Source of the DNA: an uncultured Methylococcaceae bacterium
Lineage (GTDB): Bacteria > Pseudomonadota > Gammaproteobacteria > Methylococcales > Methylococcaceae
Assembly: GCA_903930145.1 (NCBI GenBank)
Contig: CAIYXP010000300.1
Coordinates: 768-64,767 of the forward strand
DNA length: 64,000 nt
Direction of reading: 5' to 3'
The position numbers and the translations under genes were made by a program. The notes under the pieces were generated by a model that ran no database searches, was not told the origin of the DNA, and worked only from the letters and a program-made list of their open reading frames with translations. This document shows, in pieces, positions 8,756-19,300 of the stretch. The number at the start of each line of letters is the position of its first letter. Within the stretch, counting starts at the first letter, position 1.

Positions 8756-10006
8756 ATGTTTAATTTAGCATTTCGAAATGTCTTCCGTAACCGCTGGAGG
8801 TTCATACTCAGCGCCTTTGTAGTAGCGGTGACGAGTTTCCTCCTTGTGTATGCAACAGCACAAATAAGTGGAGTCAGTAATACTTTGGCTAAGGGAATGA
8901 GTGACACTTTGACTGGACATATTCAGATAAAGCCAAAATCTGCCCCGATAGATTTTTTTGAAAATCCCTCGTCTAGGCGCTTGGAACTCATTAGCGCTGA
9001 AGATTTGGATCGAATTATGAAAACCCTTCTAGTCGTAGAAGGCATCGAAGCAGTGACACCGCGCATACGTTTCGGATCGGATATTGGGGATGATGAACGC
9101 TCGGTGCCAGCGCTAGTCATGGCTGTCGATCCTGCGCATGAGGGTCTAGTCGTGCCAGACTTAGGGAAACTTCTAGGCCCCTTGTCAGATAGCGGTTCAG
9201 CACTGATTTCAAAGTATTTAGCTGACAAGCTTAAGAAAGGTAAAGGTGAGGAAGTTGTTGTTCTGACTCATACCTCAAAGGACACAGTCAATGCAGGATT
9301 GTATCGGATAGCTGGCTTTGCCGAAGCGCCAGTACTTATTGACGAATTTATGAATTCTTTATTCATTGTCGATATCAATAGTGCACGAAAAATTCTATAT
9401 ATGAGCGACGGGGCGACTGAGATGGCGATAAGGCTTAAGCCTGGCTACGAAACGCAGATTAAGCGCGTGATAGCCGATATTGAATCGCATCTAAGCCAGC
9501 CACAGCGAGACTATCTTGCAGTATATTCCTATACCGATGTGGCTAAATCTGTTGGTAACATTTCTGGGATTGCGACTGGCATTGGAATTATCCAAGTCGG
9601 TGTCATCATGCTGGTAATGCTGGTAATTATACTTATCGTCACAAAAATGGGTCTTTACGAACGCCGCGTAGAGATTGGGACTCTAATATCCATTGGAATG
9701 ACCCGGGGACGCTTGGTATCATTGTTTATGTCTGAGGTAACCATAAAAGTTTTGATCGGCTATGGAGTCGGCCTTATATTTGCCTTGCTTTTTTTGCAAG
9801 GCATTCGTGAGAATGGTGGGGTCAAGGCTCAAACTCAAGTTGAGCAATACCTTTACGGGGGTAAAATCATGTACCCCATTGTAGATTCAGAAAGAATTTT
9901 ATTTGGATTTCTTCTGGTAATGTTTGCCGCTGTTTTGACTACGGCTGCGACTTGTTGGAAAGCAAGTGGTGAGGAAGTCGTGCAACTATTGACAGGCAAG
10001 AAGTGA
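8756..10006 (+). CDS. FtsX-family ABC permease (LolC/E-like), subunit 1
   Basis: N-terminal FRNVFRNRWRF plus a TM, a large periplasmic domain, and a C-terminal 3-TM FtsX domain (ERRVEIGTLISIGMTRG). An AAGAGG SD lies upstream of the ATG. Confidence 0.88.
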   Translation: MFNLAFRNVFRNRWRFILSAFVVAVTSFLLVYATAQISGVSNTLAKGMSDTLTGHIQIKPKSAPIDFFENPSSRRLELISAEDLDRIMKTLLVVEGIEAVTPRIRFGSDIGDDERSVPALVMAVDPAHEGLVVPDLGKLLGPLSDSGSALISKYLADKLKKGKGEEVVVLTHTSKDTVNAGLYRIAGFAEAPVLIDEFMNSLFIVDINSARKILYMSDGATEMAIRLKPGYETQIKRVIADIESHLSQPQRDYLAVYSYTDVAKSVGNISGIATGIGIIQVGVIMLVMLVIILIVTKMGLYERRVEIGTLISIGMTRGRLVSLFMSEVTIKVLIGYGVGLIFALLFLQGIRENGGVKAQTQVEQYLYGGKIMYPIVDSERILFGFLLVMFAAVLTTAATCWKASGEEVVQLLTGKK

Positions 10007-10013
10007 TACCTCT

Positions 10014-11342
10014 ATGAAAACTAGTAAAGACAGTGCGATAAAGACATCAATTGATAATACAAGTCAGCGTATTGGAAGTTTTTTTATTTCTTTTGGTAAC
10101 ACTTGGAGCTTAGCCTCCAGAAATATTCTGCGGCAGCGTTCAAGAAGCTTTCTACTTGGTCTGTTAATCCTTTTTGCTAGCTTTGTCATAGTGTATTTTT
10201 CGCAGTTTTTGGAAGGGGTATCAAAAAACTTCACCAAAAACCTTATTAGCCTTGCCAGTGGTGATATTTATGTTTCGTCCAAAGTTGATCGTAAAGCGGA
10301 TGGCAACCTTTTTGACCGGGATTACGAATATTTCCACCTATCGCCTCAATTCTTTGACAATCTTGCCAAGCTAGAAGGTTTCTCTTCAGTGAGCCACCGG
10401 ATTGAATTCAATGCCCGCATAGTCACCGATTCGGACACCATTCCGCAAAGAATAATGAGCTTCGATCCGATGCAGGATTCGGCCTTGTTGAATAACTTCA
10501 CCTTCACGACGGGTCAAATGTTCAATCCTGGGGAATACGGCATAATCCTGCCGGAGGATGTGGCGCGCCGCTATGGCGTGACCGTAGGCAACCGGGTCAG
10601 GCTGCTTGCAAAATCCGTAAATAAGCAGATTAACTTGATAGATTTTATTGTGACCGGAATATTCCGCACGAACAATCTTTCCGCCTGGTTCGATACCTAC
10701 GCCTACATCGACCTTAAAGCCGCTCGTGCACTCCTTGACGACACAGGTACGCTGACGCGCCTGAATATCCATCTTGACAAGGGTGCACAACCCAAAGCAT
10801 TTGTCGCTGATCTCGACAAGTTATTGAAAGCCCAAGGTATGTCTAACAACCCTAATCTTGAAGCCACGTACTGGGCGGACGGTGCGGGGTTTTTCTCTGA
10901 ACTCACGATGGCCATGCAACTCGGCTACGTCATCGTCATCGTCATCATAATAACCATGATCGCCGCTAGCCTCGCCTTGGCTGCGGTGATGACTGTCATT
11001 GAGCGCACCAAAGAGATCGCGACGCTCGGTGCGATAGGCGCGACGCCACCGCAAATTCGCCGCATCCTAGTGGGGGAGCAAATCCTGTTGGCAGGTGCTG
11101 CGGCACTGTTGGGAACGACTCTCGCTGGGGTATTGTTCATCGTTACTTCGTATACTGGCATCCCTTTGAATACCCAGGAACTTAGAGGATTCCTAGGTTC
11201 TTCACATTTCTATCCGGCCTTCAACTTTGACGGATTCTTGGCAGGTATGTTGGTTCCCTTGCTTGTGGCCTTCTTGGCAACCTATATATTTGCCAGGCGA
11301 GCATCTAAACTCTCCATAGCTCAAGCTATGGCTGACCCGTAA
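10014..11342 (+). CDS. FtsX-family ABC permease (LolC/E-like), subunit 2
   Basis: Same architecture as subunit 1 (ASRNILRQRSRSF plus TM, periplasmic domain, ERTKEIATLGAIGATP FtsX region). It lies 7 nt after the previous stop. Confidence 0.88.
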   Translation: MKTSKDSAIKTSIDNTSQRIGSFFISFGNTWSLASRNILRQRSRSFLLGLLILFASFVIVYFSQFLEGVSKNFTKNLISLASGDIYVSSKVDRKADGNLFDRDYEYFHLSPQFFDNLAKLEGFSSVSHRIEFNARIVTDSDTIPQRIMSFDPMQDSALLNNFTFTTGQMFNPGEYGIILPEDVARRYGVTVGNRVRLLAKSVNKQINLIDFIVTGIFRTNNLSAWFDTYAYIDLKAARALLDDTGTLTRLNIHLDKGAQPKAFVADLDKLLKAQGMSNNPNLEATYWADGAGFFSELTMAMQLGYVIVIVIIITMIAASLALAAVMTVIERTKEIATLGAIGATPPQIRRILVGEQILLAGAAALLGTTLAGVLFIVTSYTGIPLNTQELRGFLGSSHFYPAFNFDGFLAGMLVPLLVAFLATYIFARRASKLSIAQAMADP

Positions 11343-11372
11343 ATTTATTATTGAATTGATAGGAACATTCGT

Positions 11373-12044
11373 ATGCTTGTCGAACTGAACAACGTCAAGA
11401 AAGAGTACTCTCTCGGGAAAGCCAAAGTACAGGCTTTAAGGGGTATTACCTTGAATATAAACCGTGGGGACTTCATTACCATTGCCGGCCCCTCGGGCAG
11501 TGGCAAAACTACCTTGCTCAATCTCGTAGGTTGTTTAGATACTCCGACCGAAGGGACGGTGTTTTTTGACGGGGTTGACATATCCACACTTGATTTGACG
11601 CAACGTGCGTATCTTCGTAATGAAAAGATTGGGTTCATTTTTCAATCGTTCAACCTGATACCGGTCTTGAACGTGTACGAAAACGTCGAACTCCCTGTGC
11701 GAGTAGGCCGGAGGAAAGCCAGCGGTCGAGAGTTGAAGGATTGGATTATGCATCTGATCGAGGCCGTTGGCCTGGCTGATCGGATCAAACACAAACCGGA
11801 GGAGCTATCCGGCGGGCAAAGGCAGAGGGTGGCTGTTGCTCGCGCCTTGGTCAATAAACCGCACCTTGTCCTAGCAGACGAGCCGACTGGCAATTTGGAT
11901 TCCGAGACGGCGGTGAAAATCCTAGATATTATGCGAAAACTAAACCAGGAGGCCAAGACCACCTTCCTGTTTTCAACCCATGACCAAGAAATCATACAAC
12001 GCTGCGACAGCGTCGTTAGGATCAAGGACGGACATCTGGTCTGA
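11373..12044 (+). CDS. ABC transporter ATP-binding protein (LolD-like)
   Basis: Walker A GPSGSGKTT, Q-loop, signature LSGGQRQRVAVARAL, Walker B LVLADEPTGNLD, H-loop STHD. Confidence 0.95.
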   Translation: MLVELNNVKKEYSLGKAKVQALRGITLNINRGDFITIAGPSGSGKTTLLNLVGCLDTPTEGTVFFDGVDISTLDLTQRAYLRNEKIGFIFQSFNLIPVLNVYENVELPVRVGRRKASGRELKDWIMHLIEAVGLADRIKHKPEELSGGQRQRVAVARALVNKPHLVLADEPTGNLDSETAVKILDIMRKLNQEAKTTFLFSTHDQEIIQRCDSVVRIKDGHLV

Positions 12045-12087
12045 GCGGCTTTAGCCTAGTTAATCAATCGACATCCCATAAACTGGA

Positions 12088-12846
12088 GTGAGTTTTGTGA
12101 AAATTGCCACCTTGATAAGCTTTTGCGTGATTCTTATGCTGTCCTCCTCACCCGCAATATGTGCAGTCGATGCCAAGGAGGTCGAAAGCCTCATGCATAT
12201 TATCGAACAAAGCATGTTTCCGCAGATAGCCGCTTCGTCCGTGAAGATAACCAGCTATAAGGACGCAGTGGAGCAGAAAGTCATCGCCTTTGAGTTGCTG
12301 TCTAGCGGGGATAAGGGGCTTATCGAATTCACGGCCCCCACGGTTGATAAAGGCAAATACATACTTAGTTCCGGCAAGAATCTTTGGATGTATTTCAGCG
12401 ATATTAAACGCTCTATTCGCCTCTCCTACCAAGATAGTTTCATGGGAACGGACGCGAACAATTACGACGTACTTCAACTTAACCTTATCCAAGATTACTC
12501 GGTCGTCGGCTTCGAGGAAACCACGCTTGAAGGCAAGCCCGCCATCAAGCTAGAACTGTCTGCACGTGAAGGGACTGAAGGCTATAAAAAGATCACTAGT
12601 TGGGTGGATCAAAAAGGCCGCCGCCTGCTGCAAAACGATTGTTTTTCCATTTCCGGGGAAAAGATCAAAACCATTAAATACCAAGAAACCAAACTGATTG
12701 ACCGCTACCAAGTGCCGGTGTCCGTTTTGATTGAAAATCACCTCGACAAGAGCCGGACGACGCGCATGGAGTTTGTCAATGTAGAGCCCCGCGATAAGTT
12801 CAATGAGGCGATTTTTACGCTGGGCTATCTAGAGTCGATGAATTGA
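12088..12846 (+). CDS. Secreted LolA-like protein (outer-membrane lipoprotein-sorting protein family)
   Basis: Signal peptide (KIATLISFCVILMLSSSPAICA), then the family-typical core NLWMYFSDIKRSIRLSYQDSFMGTDANNYDVL. The likelier start is the GTG at 12097, 8 nt after the GGAG at 12085-12088. Confidence 0.8.
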   Translation: MSFVKIATLISFCVILMLSSSPAICAVDAKEVESLMHIIEQSMFPQIAASSVKITSYKDAVEQKVIAFELLSSGDKGLIEFTAPTVDKGKYILSSGKNLWMYFSDIKRSIRLSYQDSFMGTDANNYDVLQLNLIQDYSVVGFEETTLEGKPAIKLELSAREGTEGYKKITSWVDQKGRRLLQNDCFSISGEKIKTIKYQETKLIDRYQVPVSVLIENHLDKSRTTRMEFVNVEPRDKFNEAIFTLGYLESMN

Positions 12847-12953
12847 GCCGAACAATGGATTTTGTATTGGGTTGCATCAAATCCGACAGGCTTCAACATT
12901 CAATAAAATGGCTTTCACAGCACATTTAAAAAGCAAGGTCAAACAGATAGGTC

Positions 12954-13805
12954 ATGAGTACTATTGCAGTCATCGGGGCAGGTGTCATGGGGGCGGATGT
13001 CACCCTCAATTTAGCAGCATTCGGCCATTCGGTCATCCTTAAGGATATTGATAAGGGTGTTTTACAAGCATTCAAGGATTCGATTCCCCGGCAGCTTCGC
13101 GGTTACCGCATGTTGGGGTGGATACCGGAGCATGGTTCGGCGGCTGAAGTGGGAGCGCACATCCACCTCACGGATGGCTACGATGGAATCGCGGATGCCG
13201 ACTGGGTCGTTGAAAACGTTACGGAAGACTGGGATACGAAGAAAAGTGTGTATCAAGACTTAGGCAGAATTTGTAAGCCAGAGGTATATTTCGCCGTGAA
13301 CACAAGTTGCATACCAATTACTAAAATTGCTGCTCTGATGCCATGTCCTGACCACGTGGTTGGGGCGCACTTTATGAATCCTGTGCCTCTCATGAAAATT
13401 GTGGAGGTTGTGAGGGGGTATCACACGTCGGATGAAACCTTGGATCAAATGAAAAGGCTGTTGTCATCAATTGGCAAGACAGGGATTGTCGTCAAGGATT
13501 CTGCCGGATTTGTTTCCAACCGACTGTCGCATTTGTTTATGAACGAGGCCGCTTTTCTGGTGCAAGACGGTATCGCCAAGCCCGTCGAGATAGATGCCAT
13601 TTTCAAACAGGGTTATGGGCACAAGATGGGCCCGCTTGAGACCGCCGACCTGATCGGTTTGGATACCGTGGTGAAGTCTTTAGACGTTTTGTATCAATAC
13701 TACCAAGATACCAAGTTTCGTTGTTGCCCACTGTTACGCCAAATGGTTGACGCTGGAGACATAGGCAAAAAAAGTGGAAGGGGGTTTTATGAATACCGCG
13801 CTTAA
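12954..13805 (+). CDS. 3-hydroxyacyl-CoA dehydrogenase family protein (FkbK/ZmaG/Asm13-like)
   Basis: N-terminal Rossmann motif IAVIGAGVMGADV, 3HCDH N- and C-domain signatures (NTSCIPIT, GFVSNRL, GPLETADLIGLD), and its context next to FkbH, ACP and ACAD genes. Confidence 0.9.
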   Translation: MSTIAVIGAGVMGADVTLNLAAFGHSVILKDIDKGVLQAFKDSIPRQLRGYRMLGWIPEHGSAAEVGAHIHLTDGYDGIADADWVVENVTEDWDTKKSVYQDLGRICKPEVYFAVNTSCIPITKIAALMPCPDHVVGAHFMNPVPLMKIVEVVRGYHTSDETLDQMKRLLSSIGKTGIVVKDSAGFVSNRLSHLFMNEAAFLVQDGIAKPVEIDAIFKQGYGHKMGPLETADLIGLDTVVKSLDVLYQYYQDTKFRCCPLLRQMVDAGDIGKKSGRGFYEYRA

Positions 13806-14886
13806 CAATAATGCAAATTTTGATGAAGTAATCCATATTGAATCGGATGCCAAGCTTTTTACCAAAATCGTAAAATGTGTGATTTGGGATTTAGACAATA
13901 CGATTTGGGATGGAATCCTTGTGGAGGGGGACGATGTCCGCTTAAAGCCAGGAATACCGGAAATCCTATCGATTCTGGATTCGCGTGGCATCCTGCACTC
14001 GGTGGCAAGCAAGAACAACTACGACGATGCCATGTCAAAGTTGAAGACGTTCGGCATAGACCATTACTTCCTGTTTCCTCAAATCGGCTGGGATGCCAAA
14101 TCCTTTGGCATTGCGAAAATTCAGAAGGATCTGAATATCGGCATGGATAGCTTGCTGTTCATTGACGACCAGATGTTTGAAGTTGATGAGGTAGCGACAG
14201 CCCATCCTGCAATTAATTGGATAGTGGCTGAAAAATACCAAGGATTACCATCCGACCCAAGGCTTAACCCGAAAGTGGTGGCGGAGGATGCGCACCTACG
14301 ACGGCTTCGTTATCTCGAAGCCATGGTTCGGCAACGGGATGAGGAGGAATTTAACGGAACACCAGAAGAGTTCCTCGTTAGCTTGGACATGAAATTTAGA
14401 ATTGCCACAGCAACCCATGCCGACCTTTTACGCGCAGAGGAACTCACAGTGCGCACGAATCAGCTCAATTCCACCGGGATCACTTATAGTTTCTCGGAAT
14501 TGGCGGCTTACATCAGATCGGAAAGCCACCAGCTTTTGATATGCGAACTGACCGACAAATATGGTTCCTATGGAAAGATTGGGTTGGTTTTGGTGGAAAG
14601 GCAAGCGCGCTGTGACAGGATCAAGCTCCTGTTGATGTCGTGTCGCACGGTGTCCAGAGGGCTTGGGGGGGTGCTCCTCACCTACCTGATGCAGCAGGCG
14701 GCACGGGATGGCAAAGAACTCCTTGCGGATTTCCGGCGAACCGAGCGTAACCGCCAGATGCTCGTCACTTACCAGTTTGGTAATTTCCGGGAGGTTGAAA
14801 GGACTCCCGAAGGACTGATTGTCTTTGCGAACAACCTTGACATTATCCCGGACTACCCCCCCTATATTCAGGTTTTCCTGGACTGA
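13789..14886 (+). CDS. FkbH-like HAD-superfamily (IIIC) glyceryl-ACP-forming enzyme
   Basis: HAD motif I in the FkbH context: VKCVIWDLDNTIWDG. Downstream FIDD motif. The size of about 365 aa is typical. The ATG at 13789 overlaps the upstream gene by 17 nt. Confidence 0.85.
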   Translation: MNTALNNNANFDEVIHIESDAKLFTKIVKCVIWDLDNTIWDGILVEGDDVRLKPGIPEILSILDSRGILHSVASKNNYDDAMSKLKTFGIDHYFLFPQIGWDAKSFGIAKIQKDLNIGMDSLLFIDDQMFEVDEVATAHPAINWIVAEKYQGLPSDPRLNPKVVAEDAHLRRLRYLEAMVRQRDEEEFNGTPEEFLVSLDMKFRIATATHADLLRAEELTVRTNQLNSTGITYSFSELAAYIRSESHQLLICELTDKYGSYGKIGLVLVERQARCDRIKLLLMSCRTVSRGLGGVLLTYLMQQAARDGKELLADFRRTERNRQMLVTYQFGNFREVERTPEGLIVFANNLDIIPDYPPYIQVFLD

Positions 14887-14936
14887 CGGGCAAGGCGTTG
14901 AGGCGACCAGGCAATAATTTAGTGCAATCAAAATGA

Positions 14937-15218
14937 GTGATGACTATGCCGGAACAAGAAGAGCAGCTTTGGCGTACCCAGCTTCGCGAATTTATCGAAG
15001 CCAATATGAACACAGTCGATGACGATGTGGTGCTACGCGACGACGATAATATTTTCGCCAATCGCTATGTGGATTCGATTTTCTCCATGCGCTTGCTCAA
15101 CTTTGTTGAAGCTATAAGCGGCATCATCGTAGCTGATGAGGATATCGTGCTAGCGAATTTCAGCTCGATTGACGCGATGCTTGCATTGATCAGCAGGCAT
15201 CGCGGGGCAGGCCAGTGA
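14937..15218 (+). CDS. Discrete acyl carrier protein (FkbJ/ZmaD-like)
   Basis: A small acidic protein of about 90 aa with a carrier-protein Ser motif (YVDSIFSMRLL), placed between the FkbH-like and acyl-CoA-dehydrogenase-like genes. The start is uncertain (GTG 14937, ATG 14940 or ATG 14946). Confidence 0.75.
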   Translation: MMTMPEQEEQLWRTQLREFIEANMNTVDDDVVLRDDDNIFANRYVDSIFSMRLLNFVEAISGIIVADEDIVLANFSSIDAMLALISRHRGAGQ

Positions 15219-16381
15219 TGACGACTCAGACTATCCACCCTTTGGTTGCATCCGCCAGGGCATTTGCGGAAGAAACCTTGCGTCCACGTGCTGGCGAATT
15301 TGATCAGCAAGAATGCGTTCCTCGTGATGTTCTTCATGAACTGGCGGAGCGCGGCCTGCTCGGTGCAATATTGCCGCGGGAATTTGGTGGCGGCGGCTTG
15401 GATCCGCTTTCCTATGGCCTACTCACAGCCGAGATCGGCAAGGGGTGCAGTTCGACGAGAGCTCTTCTGACGGTGCATGCCAGCTTGGTGGGGGAAACCT
15501 TGGCGAGGATGGGATCGTCGGACCAAAAGCGGCGATGGCTTCCAGACATGGCTGCGGGGAGGAGGCTGGCTTGTTTTGCGCTTTCGGAGCCAGACATCGG
15601 TTCAGAGGCGACCGCAGTCAAGACTAGCTACCGGGCGCAGGGCGGCGAGTTCGTGATCAACGGACAGAAGAAATGGATCACCTACGGTGCGATTGCCGAT
15701 TTGTTTTTGGTGTTCGCTGCCAGCGAGGGCGAGATCAGCGCCTTCATTGTGGATCGCACGATGGAGGGATTGTCGACCAAGCCTATGTCCGGTTTGCTGG
15801 CTAGTCGTGGCGCCCACCTTGCCGAAGTGAAGTTCGATAATGTGGTGGTTCCGAAGGAGAACCTGATTGGTCGGCTAGGCACCGGCTTCACATTCGTTGG
15901 TAACACGGCTCTGTTCTATGGACGTTACAGTGTTGCTTGGGCAGGAGTTGCTATAGCCGAGGCGGCAGTCGAGGAGATGGTGGAATATGCGAGAAACCGG
16001 CAGCAGTTCGGCAAAAAACTGCGGCAGCACCAAATGGTGCAATCGCTCATCGCAGGGGCCGTGGCCAAGCTCCATGCAGGGCGAGCGTTATGCGAGAAGG
16101 TTGGGCAGTTACGTAACCAAGGGGACGACGCAGCCGTGATGGAGGCTAACATCGCTAAATATGTAACATCGAAACTGGCTATGGAGGTGACCTTGACTGC
16201 CGTCCAGGTCTTTGGCGGAAACGGCTGCTGGAATGCCTACCCAGTCGAGCGTCTTTTCAGGGAGGCAAAGATATTAGAGATCATTGAGGGTTCCTCGCAA
16301 ATCCAAGAAATGCTCATTTCCGAACATGCGATTCGCCATTACAGGCGGAGGCAGCATCGTCCGTCGTTCGCCAATGTTTAA
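15218..16381 (+). CDS. Acyl-CoA dehydrogenase family protein (FkbI/ZmaE/Asm15-like)
   Basis: Full-length ACAD fold motifs (CFALSEPDIGSEA, GQKKWITYG, QFGKKL..HQMVQ, QVFGGNG, EIIEGSSQIQ). TGATG stop/start overlap with the ACP gene at 15216-15220. Confidence 0.9.
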   Translation: MTTQTIHPLVASARAFAEETLRPRAGEFDQQECVPRDVLHELAERGLLGAILPREFGGGGLDPLSYGLLTAEIGKGCSSTRALLTVHASLVGETLARMGSSDQKRRWLPDMAAGRRLACFALSEPDIGSEATAVKTSYRAQGGEFVINGQKKWITYGAIADLFLVFAASEGEISAFIVDRTMEGLSTKPMSGLLASRGAHLAEVKFDNVVVPKENLIGRLGTGFTFVGNTALFYGRYSVAWAGVAIAEAAVEEMVEYARNRQQFGKKLRQHQMVQSLIAGAVAKLHAGRALCEKVGQLRNQGDDAAVMEANIAKYVTSKLAMEVTLTAVQVFGGNGCWNAYPVERLFREAKILEIIEGSSQIQEMLISEHAIRHYRRRQHRPSFANV

Positions 16382-16398
16382 CGTTCAATCCCTGCATT

Positions 16399-19300
16399 AT
16401 GCTTATGAACATGTACCAGACTTTGCTTGAATGCTTGAATGCGAGTGCACAGGGCGGGAAGGGTATCCGCTTCATCACGGGTGTGGGGCAAGAAGAGTTC
16501 CTCGCCTACCGGCAGCTTAGAGACGACGCTTTAGGTCGGCTCGCGGGGTTGCGCAAACTCGGAATTCAAGTGGGTGACGAATTGGTTTTCCAATATGCCA
16601 GCCTGAGGGAGTTCATGATCACCTACTGGGCATGTATCGCGGGTGCAATCATACCGGTTCCCTTGGAATTCGCCAGCCAAGCCACCAATGCGGAAAAGGT
16701 TTTCACGGTATGGAAAACCCTCAACAACGCCTGGCTGGCTTCGGATTCCGCCAACCTTGCCGATAGGTTAGAAGCTTTTGCGGCGCAGACTGAGTGGGCG
16801 GAGCAATGGGCGCAGATGCGTGGTCGCCTTGTCTTTCCAACCGATGTGGCCGGTGCTTCGGGAGATTGCCGACCAGCCGATGCAACCCCTTCTGACATCG
16901 CTTTCATCCAGTTTTCGTCTGGTTCCACCAGCGCCCCCAAAGGTGTCGTACTCACCCATGCGAACTTACTGGCAAATATCGACGATATACTTGCCGCAGT
17001 GGACTATACCGAAGCTGACACCTTCCTAAGCTGGAAACCCATCACCCACGATTTTGGCATGATCGCGTTCCACTTGGCGCCCATCGTCGCCGGGAGTGAT
17101 CAAATTCGCATTGCCACCGAAGTGTTCATCTGGAACCCCTCCTTGTGGTTTGCGGCGGCAGACAAGTATCGTGCGTCAATTCTGGGATCGCCGAATTTTG
17201 GCTATCGCCACTTCCTGAAACTTTATCGGAAAGGCAAGAAGAAGCCCTCTTGGGATCTTTCCTGTATCAAAGTCATCCTAAACGGTGCCGAACCAATTTC
17301 CGCCGAACTTTGCGAAGAATTTAGGCGGGAATTGGCCTGTTTTGGGTTGCCACCGCATTGCATCACACCGGGCTACGGGTTGGCGGAAGGTTCGCTGATT
17401 GCCTCGTTATGCCCAATAGACGAGGGTATCCGCACCATGACCGTTGACCGGCATCACCTCCGTGTGGGTGATCGGCTACAGCCAGTGGAGCCGGGATCGC
17501 CTCAGTCCATCACTTTTGTAGACTGTGGCCTGCCCTTCCCGAAGACTGATATCCGTATCACCGGCAAAGGCCGCTTGCCTTTGCCGGAAGATCAAGTCGG
17601 ACACATCGAAATCCGCGGCGATGCGGTTACCTCGGGTTATTACCGCGATCCGCAATCGACGGCAGCCCTGATTGGACCGGGCGGGTGGTTGGATACCCAA
17701 GACCTCGGAGTGCTTAGAGAAGGGCGTTTGTTCGTAGTCGGACGGGTCAAAGAGATGCTCATCATCGGCGGCATCAATTATTTCCCCCATGATATAGAAC
17801 AAGCGATACTGCGGGCTAGGGGCGAGGATCATCTTAACAAATACATTGTTTGCGGTGTCTACAACTCTGAGCAGGGAAGGGAGGAGCCGGTGATCTTTGT
17901 ATACGCCAAGCACACCGGGGAGGGTTTTGCTGCCCTTGCCGCCGAACTGCGGCAGGTAGTCATGGCGACGTTTGCCCTGCCCGTGGTCAATGTCGTCCCG
18001 GTCAAGAAAATCCCCAAGACGACGAGCGGTAAAGTGCAACGGTTCAAGCTAGTCCAAGATTACTTGGACGGTAAGTTCGACGAGGCACTGAATGATGTCG
18101 GGGAAGTCCGCGCCATTCGCATGGCCATAGCCAATATAGAGCTACCTGTAAGCTACACAGATGCTCCGGCGCAAACTGAAGACGGTATCATAGTCCGCAC
18201 CCGTCGTATCGCCGCCCGGCTTTTAGGTCACCCCGACATTGATCAGGATAGCGGTTTTTTCGACCTTGGCTTCTCTTCGCTTTCGCTGATGGTTTTGCGG
18301 GAAAGGCTAGAGGAGGAATTCGGCGTTTCTTTAGAGAGCACCAGTCCGCTTGATTTTCCTAATGTTCGCAGCCTAGCGGCCCACATTGCCCTTCATTTGG
18401 CGGTCGGCGCGCACCCTGCTCCTGTGCGGACATCCTTGCAGGAATCTCTTTTGCCTGAGGCGACCCACCATGAGCCCGTCGCAATCATCGGCATGGGTTG
18501 CCGCTTTCCTGGCGGTGCCGATTCCCCTGAGTCTTTCTGGAATTTGCTCAATTCTGGGATTGATCCAATCGGCGAAATGCCGCCGGACCGCTGGCAATCC
18601 GATCCCCAGGCGCACGCGGATTTGACCACGCGGCAAGGCGGTTTTTTGGATGCCGTGGATCGCTTTGATCCGTTGTTCTTTGGTATTTCTCCGACCGAGG
18701 CCGAAGCGATGGATCCGCAGCAACGTTTGCTGCTGGAAGTCTGCCACGAAACCATTGAGAACGCTGGCCTTAATTCATCGGAACTGGCAGGTTCGAGAAC
18801 CGGCGTGTTCATCGGGATGTCTGGCAGCGAATATGCCGCTGTCGGCAAGGATATGGGGCATTTCACTGGCCCCTACAGCTTCACTGGCACTATGTTTAAC
18901 ACCGCCTGCGGCCGAATTTCCTACACCTTCGGTTTCCAAGGCCCTTGTGTCGCAATAGACACCGCCTGTTCCTCGTCCTTGGTGGCGGTAAATCAAGGGC
19001 TGCACGAATTGCGGTCGAATACGTGCGACCTTGTGGTGGCGGGTGGCGTCAACCTGATTTTAAGAGCGGATGGTCATGTGAGTTTTTCTCAACTAAATGC
19101 CTTATCTTCGACCGGTCGTTGCCGCAGTTTCGACGAGTCCGCCGATGGCTACATTCGCAGCGAGGGTTGTGGCCTTGTTCTGCTCAAACGCCTGAGTGAT
19201 GCGAAGAGGGACGAGGATACCATCCTTGCCGTCATCAGGGGCGGGGCGGTCAACCATAATGGAAAGTCGGGGGGGTTGACAGTCCCAAACGGCTCAGCAC

